Of a stretch of 64,000 nucleotides of DNA, positions 46,481-56,300 are shown one piece after another (the first letter of the stretch is position 1; every line of letters starts with the position of its first letter). Where the stretch lies: contig CAVNZM010000017.1 of the NCBI GenBank assembly GCA_963693365.1, positions 3,453,375 to 3,517,374 of the forward strand. The letters run 5' to 3'. The translations under genes and the position numbers were made by a program. The DNA comes from Amoebidium appalachense. Its lineage: Eukaryota > Protista > Ichthyosporea. The notes beneath the pieces were generated by a model that ran no database searches, was not told where the DNA came from, and saw only the letters and a program-made list of their open reading frames with translations.

Positions 46481-48220
46481 ATGGCAGCCCCCTACGACGC
46501 CTCCGTGCCCCTCAACATGGCCTACCACAAGCTGACGGACGCCGGCACGTACTCGCCCGTGGAGCTCAGCCACATCAACCGCCGGTCGACGGTCAAGACC
46601 TACCCGGTGACCGGCTCGACGTACAGCTCAAAGGGGCAGCGCGTGATTCGGTTCTCCCTGCCGGCCGTGGGCTTCCTGGACTGTCTCAACTCCTACATGA
46701 CGTTCCAGTTCAAGGCCAACGTGCCCAACGCCCCCGAGTACGTGGGCGTGAAGGTGGAGAGGCTGCGCAGGTTCCCCCTCCCCGGTCAGCTGGCCCACCC
46801 CCTCGAGATCGACACCACCATAAGGGACTACGAGGGCACCACCGTGCCCCAGAGCGAGACGTTGGCCAGCAACACCCTCAACAACAACGCGGTGGCAACC
46901 GACATTTTCCCCCTCAAGGTCCGCAACCTGGAGGGGATGGCCATGATGGGGGGCCACCTCTGCTCCTCGGCCGCACCGTTTGAACGGGCCCGTGTGTCCA
47001 TCAACGGCACCACCGTCGAGGACATTTCAGGCTACAACCACCTGATGATCAACCTGGAACGGTTCCTGTCGTCGGCCGACTACGGCAACAGCCCCGCCGG
47101 CCGCATGCACGGGACGTACAGCCCGCAGGACGCCGACTGGGAGTATGCGGACAAGTGGAACACCACCACGGCCGCCCAGTACTCGTGCTTCAACCCCGAC
47201 CCCCTCAAAAAGCTCTTTGGCATCGAGAAGGCGAGGGGGACGGACCCCTTGCCCGACGAGGCCCTGTTTGCCCCCGATGTCGACAAGCTGCCGGGCAAGG
47301 ACGGCATTCCTGCCGACCGCTTCCTCGACTACACCGCCCGCGCCGCCAAGTGGCCTCCCCACCAGGCCAACATCCAGGCCCAAATCGACGCCACCGACGG
47401 TTTCACCTACATTCACCAGCTCAAGCTCGGCCTCATGCGGTCCGGCCGGTACCTCCCGCTGTCGTACATGGGGGAGGTGCAGATCGAGCTGTCGTTGGGT
47501 GAGGCAAACCAAGTGTTGTACGTGCCCACCGAGAACGAGAATTGGCTCAAGGACGTCGCCTACGAGATCATCAACCCCGTCCTCCACTGCGAAATCATCG
47601 AGTGGAACGCCGTCTACACGGCCGGCTTCGAAAAGGCCTTGATGGAGAAGAACGTGTACATTCCCTACAGCACGTTCACCCACTTCCAGAGCTACGTCAA
47701 GGGGGGCAGCCCTGCCGACCTGCACATTTCGTTCCGGGGGAGAAACGTCAAGTCCCTGCTCTCCCTCGTTCGTAACGGCAACACGTGGGCCCAGGCCGGC
47801 TACGAGTCGTTTAGGTCGGAACGCAGCAACATAACGAGCTACCAGATCAAGATAGGCCCCTACCAGAAGCCCCTCGACGAAATTCGTGTGTCGAAGAACA
47901 ACTGCGCCGAGGCATGGGCCGAGCTGGCTAAGGCCCTCTACTTCTTGGGTGACGTCACGGCCGATTGCATGTACAACTCCACGTCCTGGCCCGACAAGCA
48001 GTTCATGATCGCCCTGGACCTCGAGAGGGACCGTGACCTGTACTCTGGGCTCGACACCAGCTCCGACGCCACCCCCATTCTGCTGCACCTGAACACGGAA
48101 AAGTTCTCCGCCGGGGTCGGGGAACCCACGGTTCAGGACGACCTGACCCTCGACACCTTCGTGCACCACGAGAACGTGCTGGTGCTGTCCGGTGCCCGTG
48201 AGGTGACGGTGGAGGCTTAA
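46481..48220 (+). CDS. Major capsid protein (double jelly-roll, PLV/Polinton type), 579 aa
   Basis: IRFSLPAVGFLDCLNSYMTF, RARVSINGTTVEDISGYN, YLPL..VQIELSL, YEIINPVL, IPYSTF, ITSYQIKIG, IALDLE..SGLDT; position after the ATPase. Confidence 0.88.
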   Translation: MAAPYDASVPLNMAYHKLTDAGTYSPVELSHINRRSTVKTYPVTGSTYSSKGQRVIRFSLPAVGFLDCLNSYMTFQFKANVPNAPEYVGVKVERLRRFPLPGQLAHPLEIDTTIRDYEGTTVPQSETLASNTLNNNAVATDIFPLKVRNLEGMAMMGGHLCSSAAPFERARVSINGTTVEDISGYNHLMINLERFLSSADYGNSPAGRMHGTYSPQDADWEYADKWNTTTAAQYSCFNPDPLKKLFGIEKARGTDPLPDEALFAPDVDKLPGKDGIPADRFLDYTARAAKWPPHQANIQAQIDATDGFTYIHQLKLGLMRSGRYLPLSYMGEVQIELSLGEANQVLYVPTENENWLKDVAYEIINPVLHCEIIEWNAVYTAGFEKALMEKNVYIPYSTFTHFQSYVKGGSPADLHISFRGRNVKSLLSLVRNGNTWAQAGYESFRSERSNITSYQIKIGPYQKPLDEIRVSKNNCAEAWAELAKALYFLGDVTADCMYNSTSWPDKQFMIALDLERDRDLYSGLDTSSDATPILLHLNTEKFSAGVGEPTVQDDLTLDTFVHHENVLVLSGAREVTVEA

Positions 48221-48259
48221 TAACTCAAAGGTGCAAATTGTGTGGGCCACCTAGCAAGT

Positions 48260-48637
48260 ATGAACGCGGCCATGGCCAACGTCAACGGTATTCCACTGGC
48301 GCCCACACCCACGCAGGCGGCCGTGTACGGCTACAAGCTGGCACCCGAGGCCGAGTACGAGGCTGCCTACGCGGCCCCCTACCGGGCACGGCACACGGAC
48401 GCCACCTTCCAGGCCGGCGTGTACGGTGTGCCCTTCAGCCGGCTGCCGACCTTCAACAACCTGCCCACCGACAACCACGTGCCCTCCATGCCCGGCAGGA
48501 GCGGTCTGGGCAGCAGGGGGCTCCCCCTCAACAGCAAGTCCTACTATGTCGACTTTACGCCCGTGAGGGTGGGGCACAGCAGTGACCCCCAGGGCAGCTT
48601 TGCCCGGCAACCCATGGCGCAGTACGCTGCGAAATAA
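48260..48637 (+). CDS. Small Ala/Pro/Tyr-rich protein, possible core or cement protein
   Basis: ORF directly after the MCP with the same codon bias. Confidence 0.6.
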   Translation: MNAAMANVNGIPLAPTPTQAAVYGYKLAPEAEYEAAYAAPYRARHTDATFQAGVYGVPFSRLPTFNNLPTDNHVPSMPGRSGLGSRGLPLNSKSYYVDFTPVRVGHSSDPQGSFARQPMAQYAAK

Positions 48638-48670
48638 TAAACACCAGTTTACAACAACACCGTGCCCACC

Positions 48671-51422
48671 ATGTCCCCCAACGTGCAGCAGCGTGGGCAC
48701 ACTGATGACTTGGACTCTGAGACGAGTAGGGTTTGGCCCCTGGGCAGGTACACTGTCAAGTACCAGTACCCGGAAGACGTGCATTCAGGCAAGTGGCGGG
48801 AGACCACCGTTGGGTACTTTGGGACTCCCAAAAGTTCACTACTCCGACATAGCTACAAGGCGTTGGTCAGGGGTGGGGTTGAGGCATTTTTCAAGAAGGC
48901 CGGCACATATCTAGACCCCAACCAGCCACTGGAGCGGTGGGGTGGTCGGTTGCCGGAGGTGGTGAAGGTAGACGTAGCCTACCACCCTGGCTATGAGCAC
49001 TTTGAGGACAAGTACGGTAGCACGTACGTGTGGAACAGACCTAGGGCACCTCCGCCCCCCTTGCCCGACGTGGCCCCCCTGCCGACCCCACCCCTCCCCC
49101 CACCTGTCCCGGCCACACCCCCCGGGCCGGGCTCCGGCCATACCGTACCCCCCACCTCCCAAGCCACCTCCACCGCCCAAAACCTCTGCCCCAAACGCAC
49201 CACGCCGCCGGCCCCATAACGAGCCCGCACCCTCCTTCGGGCCCCTGGCGCCCCATGTGGCCGGCCCCACCATGCCCGCCCCGCCAGAGTCCCTGAAATG
49301 GGAGGTGCCTCCCCCGCCCCGTGTCCCTGTGGCCTTCCCCCCAGAGCTTGACCCACAGACCCCCACGGCACCCCACCTGCCGGCCAAGCCCAACGGTCCA
49401 CCCATACCCTTTCCCCCCTTGACGGGCTGGCCCCTCCCGACGTCCAAGCCAGACCGGTCGAGGCTGCCCGGCAGAGGGAAAGGCACCGGTCTGCCGGTGA
49501 CACGGACCAGCACAACCCGTCCTGGGTCACTGCCGGTGGCCCGCAAGCACGTCGACGTTGTGGAGCCTGCGGTAGCCCACGGACCCACCGTAGCCCCGGT
49601 ACAACCTCTACACACGCCTCCCGATGACGACGACGACGACGATGAGCCAACGACCAGTGCCTGGCCACGTCCACGGCCGGTTACCCTGGCCGGCAACGAC
49701 CCCAACCGCCCCTCCCCACTCCATGTGGGGGTCTTGGCACCCCATATGACCGGTCCCACCATGCCCACCCCGCCAGAGTCCTTGTATTGGAAGGCACCCA
49801 AAGAACCGGCCACCCCCGTGCCCTTCCCCCCGGAGCTCAACCCACAGACCCCCATGGCCCCCCACCTGCCGGCCAAGCCAGACGGACCACCCATACCCTT
49901 CCCGCCGCAGACGGTTCGACCCCCGCCACAGTCGCCCGCCAAAGGGAACGGTACCAGCCTGCCCATGGGTCGTAACGGGCCACGGCGGAGGCCGACTGCC
50001 CCGGCCATACCCTTCCCCCCACCACTACAACCGGCACCAACGCCGTACCCCCAGTCTCCTGCCTACCGTGGACCCGACCCGCCGGCCATGATACCCCCAC
50101 GGCCGCCAAAGTCTGGCGGGTGGCCGTTGCAAATTTGGGCCGAAGCCTTCCCCCTCGTGCCTGCGCCCCCAACGCCCGAGTCCCAGGCCCACCCCACAGT
50201 CACACCAACACCGACGCCCACCAACGAGCTGGATGTGTGGAAAATGAAACTACCCTTGTCCAACGCCACGCTCTTGGACGTCGCAAACGCTCTGGCACCA
50301 GCCAATTACGAGTTCCAGGAGCCCATGTGGGACTTTGAGAAAGAGTTGTTGGACAAACACCCCGAGTATTATCAAGCTCTGCAGGGTTTCGCCCCGTACC
50401 AAGCCATCAAATTCGTAGCTTGGGGACTCAAGAAGGAAGAGCCCAAGGCCTCAAGGCAGGCCCTGTATGAGTACCGTGTGCGAGGGGGGAAGCTTTCAGA
50501 CCTCCCCCTCGGTATTGACGGCCCCACCACCACCACCACCACCACGCCCAGCCCCACCCCAGCAGCCATCGGCTATGACGGTGACGTGACGACGTACCCA
50601 AGCACCAAGAGGGCGGTCTCGCAAACAGGGGGTGCTGCCGCCGTGTGGAGACCCCCCACGTCCCCCGCCCGACCCGACGAGGAGGGGGTGCTGAGTCCCT
50701 TTTGGCAGGGGTTGCGGGAACACCTTGACATGCTCGGGCGGGAGAGCCCGGAGGAATTCACAAGGCGGGTGAGGGAGGACCAGACGGGGTGGGACCACCC
50801 TGCCGTGGCCTCCTACGTGAGGGGGGTGTTCATGGGGGCAGCACGCCAGCTTCTGGGCAACGTGGTAAGGGGCCACCATGGTGACGGTGGCCCGCCGGCT
50901 ATTGCTGACGGCGGTGTTGGTGGTGGTGGCCCGAACCTGCAAGAGGCCGTGTTGGGGAACCGTGACACCCTCGGAGAACTCCAGAAGGTAGCAAAGGGGG
51001 TAGCTCTGCACATGCTGAAGGTTGCTACCAAAGGTAACAACACTGGCGTACCACGCCTACCGTACACGCCAACAGCCACGGCTACTGCTCACCCCACCCC
51101 CACAGGCACCCCCACGTGGTCACATGGTCCGAGCTTCCCCGTGCCCACCCCCACCGGTGCCCCTTCACCCACAGCCACCCCTGGGCTGGCAGCGGCCGTG
51201 CACCATCATGCCAACTACGGGAGGGGGGACATGCCCAGGCACCCACACCACCCGCACGTGCGTGCACACGTGCACAGGTCAGGGGTTGTGCCGGCCAGCC
51301 ATGCCGCCGGGTATGTCGAGGGTGGCCCGGTCCCTAAGTCTGCCCGTGGGGTGTACCGTACCAAGACAGCCAGCAAGAAGAAGAAGAACACGGCCAAGAG
51401 GAAGAAGGGTGCCGGCAAATAA
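48671..51422 (+). CDS. Large proline-rich protein (~915 aa) with an internal duplication and a basic C-terminus; one frameshift near 49120
   Basis: 48671.. joins the 48993..51422 frame in a C-run; a ~58-aa block is duplicated (~49245-49420 / ~49730-49905); ends KKKKNTAKRKKGAGK. Confidence 0.7.
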
Positions 51423-51453
51423 TCTACGTCATTAGGCAGCAGCGGCGGCAGAC

Positions 51454-51675
51454 ATGGCACACAGCACCGAGCACATGCGCATGCACGCTTTGCCCCACCC
51501 GCTGGCACCCCTCCCCGTACCCCTACCCTACCGCGCCCGACCCGCACCACAGACCCGCCCGTTCTACGGCCCGGGCAACGTCGTCGAGGGGCCAGGGGGG
51601 ACCATGAGGCCCAGACCCCCCACCTACACACCGTGGCCCGTGGCCGCCGACCAGAGCTCCTTCCAAAACTTTTAA
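51454..51675 (+). CDS. Small Pro/Arg-rich viral protein
   Basis: gacATGG start, tightly packed between neighbours. Confidence 0.5.
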   Translation: MAHSTEHMRMHALPHPLAPLPVPLPYRARPAPQTRPFYGPGNVVEGPGGTMRPRPPTYTPWPVAADQSSFQNF

Positions 51676-51714
51676 ATATTGTGTGTGCTAGTGTAAACAG
51701 CCTGCAGCAGCATC

Positions 51715-51906
51715 ATGGAGCTCAACCCCGGCGGGCCCCCCACACGCAAGAGGCCGTTTATCTTCCCGGAACAGAACAACAACCTGAATGTCATGGACGT
51801 GTCCACCATACGGGACTTTCGGCAACGTCCCCTGGCCTACACCGTAAAACTGTCCGGCGTCAACGCCAACAGACCCATTCGTACGGCACCTGTGGTGTTC
51901 AAATAA
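51715..51906 (+). CDS. Small basic viral protein
   Basis: atcATGG start, upstream AAATATTGTG. Confidence 0.5.
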   Translation: MELNPGGPPTRKRPFIFPEQNNNLNVMDVSTIRDFRQRPLAYTVKLSGVNANRPIRTAPVVFK

Positions 51907-52035
51907 ACCTGGGCGGGTCGACGGTAGTGTGGGCACGTGCTGGCACACCCCCACTACCGCCCCACGCCTGCCACAACCCATTCTATTATGCAGTGTTGTC
52001 TCTAAATGCAGAGCAGGTAGCACCTGGCTACCCGC

Positions 52036-52921
52036 CTACAGGCAGAACATGTTATGTTCCACTAGCATGTGGTAGTTTTTAAGGTCCCTCTCCAGCCGTG
52101 CCCACACCCTATCGCTCTTTACTCTAGTCACTTTGCTTTTGACCGTGGGCACCAGCCTGGCTATTACTCCCGCGTCCATACCACGCACTAACCCTACCAT
52201 TTTCACCAACAGGAAGGGGTACCCCACAAAGTTCTTCCGTGTGTCCTCCTTGTGTCTCCGGTGCCACGACAAGCAAAACTTAAACATGCCCGTCAAGACC
52301 TCCAACTGCTCGCACGTAAACCTGGGGAGGGGGTGCCCGTACAACCTGTTAAGTATGTAAGGCACGCGTGTGTAGTGTTGGGTGAGTTTGTTCTGTCTCA
52401 GCACCCTCCTTGCCTGGTCGGCGTTCTCTATGCCTTGCACGCCCCTGAATGCTGCCACCACCCCCTCCTGCATGTCACCCATACTCGCATTCAGGCCCTG
52501 CACCGACTGCAGCAGCTGCTTGAAGTGGTTAATGTGTCTGTATGGCTGTGACCTCTTTCTGTCCCAGAAGGCCGTGCACCCCTCATACGTCTTCCTCCCC
52601 TCCCCGTCGCTGCCCCTCCCACCCCCTCCCGTCGTACACCCAGTCCTCCTCCTCCTCCCTCCCCCCTCCCCCTCCCCCCCTCCCTCCCCCCTCCTCGTAC
52701 ACGTACTCCTGGTCCCCTCCGTCGTGCTCGTATTCGTCGTGTTCCCCCGTGCACGTCTCCCTCTCCTTGCAGTATGCCCACCAGCACCCTTGTGTCTGTG
52801 GCCGTGGCCGTGGCTGTGTGGTGGTGTTGCAGTACATGTCGTAGAGGAAAGGGCACAGGTCTAGCAGCTTCTCAGGGTCCGTGGTGTCTGCCACCATACT
52901 TAGCAACGTGTCTTCGTCCAT
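52036..52921 (-). CDS. VLTF3-like (poxvirus A2-type) late transcription factor; frameshift in the G-rich tract ~52600-52700
   Basis: PYRHINHFKQLLQSVQG (read upstream of 52503), LRQNKLTQHYTRVPYILNRLYG, RKNFVGYPFLLVKM, KSKVTRVKSDRVWARL. Confidence 0.85.
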
Positions 52922-53035
52922 TTTTTTCCGTGTCAGTGTGTGTGTGTGTGTTTCGGCCGAAGTTCACCTAATTCGTAATGTTGACTGTTTTTGTGTTGGA
53001 AAAAAGTGACGTGTCTGTGCACACGTGTGTGCCTT

Positions 53036-53272
53036 TTATATGTGCTGGTGCCTGCTCTTTTTGGCAAGCCTCCCGCCCTTGTACACGTGTATGGTTCCGG
53101 TGTTGGTGTTGCTTTTGCCGAAGGACACATTGGACATGCTTGGTTTTGCATTGAGCTCTGAATTTATTGGCTGCCTCCCCTCGTGCATACGGTGCACGTG
53201 GTGTATGCCTAAAAACACCATCTTTTTCATCTTCTGCCGGTGACCCCCCTGCCCGTGCGCCCTGCACCCCAT
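53036..53272 (-). CDS. Small basic His/Lys-rich protein
   Basis: aaaATGG start with upstream AAAAATTATGTG. Confidence 0.4.
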   Translation of the reverse strand: MGCRAHGQGGHRQKMKKMVFLGIHHVHRMHEGRQPINSELNAKPSMSNVSFGKSNTNTGTIHVYKGGRLAKKSRHQHI

Positions 53273-53374
53273 TTTTCTTTCTTCTAATGCTAAGTTAACA
53301 AACACACCACATAATTTTTCACTGCTAGACTACCTCCTAACTAACCCCCCTCCCTCCCCCTACCCCTCCCCCAC

Positions 53375-56300
53375 TCAAAACTGCAGGGCCCCCTCCGGTG
53401 CCGCCCACCCGATGGGGTAGCTGCGTACACTGCCGTCGGCCGCCTCGAACACCCCCCTCTTGTCGAACGCCCCCGACTGTGTCTTGCGCTGGTCCTTGCT
53501 GGCCAGGTGGTAGTTGTGGGGGACCCCGGGCACGGGCTCCCGCAGCAGCCGGTGGTTGGTGACGCTCACACTCGGCAGCTCGCCGTGCACCAGCATGCGC
53601 AGGCTGGGGAGGTTCACAATGTCGACCGCCCGGCGGGACAGGGTGATGCCCTTGACCTTCACGTCGGTCTTGCCGTCCTGGGTGCGGTAGGCATACGTCT
53701 TGGGGGCCACCCCCACAAACTCGACAATGGGTGTCGACGTCTCGTTCTTCCAGTTGCCCAGCAAGTCCCCGTTGGTGGAGTCGATGTTGTGGCTGAGGTG
53801 GGGCACCCTGCTGTCGTAGTGGTAGACGATGGAGTCGGTGTCCATGTACACCACCTGCTGGGGGGAGAGGGACCGGAGGGCCCCGTAGAGGTGCAGCCGG
53901 GCATGGGCCGTCACGTACGTGCCGATGGCGATGTTGGCGTAGGAGGGGGGTGGGGCCGTCTCCTTCTTGGGCCGGTACTTGATGGCCACCCTCTGCTCGC
54001 CGATGGGCTCGACGTCGAGCACCAGCAGGTTGGGGTTCGTCACCAGCAGCCTCAGCCGGTCGACGTCGTCGACAAACTCGATGGTGTCCAGCCCTACCCT
54101 CTGCACCAGCTTGCCCCAGAGGCTGTTCAGAAACAGCTTGCTGATGGTACGCAGGGCCGGGTTGGGCTCGAACTCGTGGGCGGCCACCGTGATGCCGTAG
54201 TGCTCCTTGAACAGGTGCACGAGGGCGGGGATGTCGGCCGGATCTACGGTGGTGCTGGTGAGCTTCACCTTCAGGAACGTCTGCACGTACTTCCGGAAGA
54301 GGTTCTTGGTGCGTTTCTTGAAGTGCACCACGTCGTACACGTCGAGGATGGTGTACCCATCACGCACGGCCACCTTCAGCTCCTCCGTCGTCCACGTGCC
54401 CACCAGTGCCCTCTCCTCGTCCGTGTGTGTGCACAGTGTGTGCTCACGTACCCTGGGGTTGCCGTCCTCGTCCATGCAGGTGGCCCGGGCCTCCTCCTTG
54501 CTGCTGCAGGCCCGGCACAGCACAAAGCCCAGCTTGTCGTACCCCTGGGCACCCGTCATACGCACAGGCAGCACGGGGATGAACAGGTCCTTGGGGGGGA
54601 GCACCCTCACACGTGCAACACCAAAGTACCCCTTGGTCCTGGCCTGGGGGGAGCCGGGGGTCATACGGCACGTCTTGTCGAGCCTCTCCTTCAGCACCCG
54701 GGCGTCAGTGACGATGGCCGTGGGGTGGTCCTCCGTCTTGATGGGCAGTGACGTGAACCACTGTGACTTGCCCACCGGCATGTACTTGTCAATCATCACG
54801 TACGGGTAGAGGGAGGTGACGTCGACGTACTTGAGGCCTGCCTCCGGCCAGTCCTCCTCCTTCACCTCGATGTGACGGGTGATGACCTCCGTACGGCCAC
54901 CAAAGAAGGCATCACGGAACTGCACCGGGCCCGTGGGCACGGGGGCCACCCTGCCGGCGCCCTCCCTCCGTGCCGCCTGTGCCGCAAGTGCAGCCTTGAC
55001 CTCGGGGCTCTGCCTCAGCCTGTCCCACCTGCACTCCCACATGCTCTGCACCTTGTGGCCCTGGGCACGGATGTACCTCTCGTGGGCCATGGTGCTGTCG
55101 TAGGCCTCCCTGGCCGGCCTCTTCACCACCCTCATTGTCAGATCCTCGTGCCGGTTGCAGTCGGGGCACCCATGGAACACGCACCCGTGGAAGAAGTAGT
55201 AGGTGCACGTGCCGTCGTCGTGGGTGGCCTTGGCATCGGCCGTGGCCCTGCCGTGGGGGCCGTACCCGGTGGCCACGTGCCGTGCAACGTCGTCTGGCCC
55301 CACCCCCAGGCCGTGGGTGACGTAGTCGATGTACTCCTGCTCCTTCTTGCTGCTGTTCACGTTGCCCATGGTCTGGTCACGCATCACGGCCACGTCCTTG
55401 GGCATGGCCTGCGTGATCCAGAAGTGCATGGCGAGGGAAGCAAGGGTGACGCACGTGAAGGGGTCGATGCCCGTCAGCACGATGAGTTTCGACATGAAGG
55501 CCTTGACCACCTGCTGCAGCAGCACCACGTCCTTGACACAGTAGTCCTCGCACTGCTGGGCAATGTCGTAGCACGTGCCCGCCGGTGCCTGCCCCTGCAG
55601 CCGTGCCTGCTCCTCCCGCCACCACTGCATGAAGGCAGCATGCTGCTTGGGCTTCATGTCCTGGGCCCCAAAGTCCTCGGGCCCGGGGAAGGGGATGTGG
55701 CCGGCCTTGAAGTTGGCAAAGGTGGCTGCACGGTGGGGGAAGTGGCCCTTCGTCTCCTGGCACCCCATGGCCTTGCCTGCGTCCGACAGCGACATGGTGA
55801 GGAAGTTGAGGGTGTCCACGAACGTCAGCTCCACCACCGTCGTGCGGCTGCCGTCCCCCCTCTGCCCCCCGTGCCTCCTCTTCCGGCCAGTGCATGCTGC
55901 TGCTGCTGCCGGCTGCTGCTGCTGCACATCACCATGGCCATCACCATGGTCATTGCCATGGCCATTGCCATCGTGGCCATGGCCATGGCCATCGGCACCA
56001 TCACCATCACCATCACCATCCACCCGCATGGGCACGGGGGCTGCTGGTGCACCGGCATTCTTGACGTAGTGGCGTATACGGCAGGACTTGATCTTGCTGT
56101 TGGCCATGATGGGCACGTACACGTAGTCCTGGCTGCCCACCACCCTCTTGGTCACAAAGTGGAAGTCAAAGCCGCTGCCGTTGTGGCAGTACACCCGGCC
56201 GCCGGCATGGGCAGGGGTGTCGAACAGCCATGCCACCACCTTGTCAATCACCTGGTGGTGGTCCTCCATCAGCACATCCCACCCGTTCTTGCCGTCGGCC

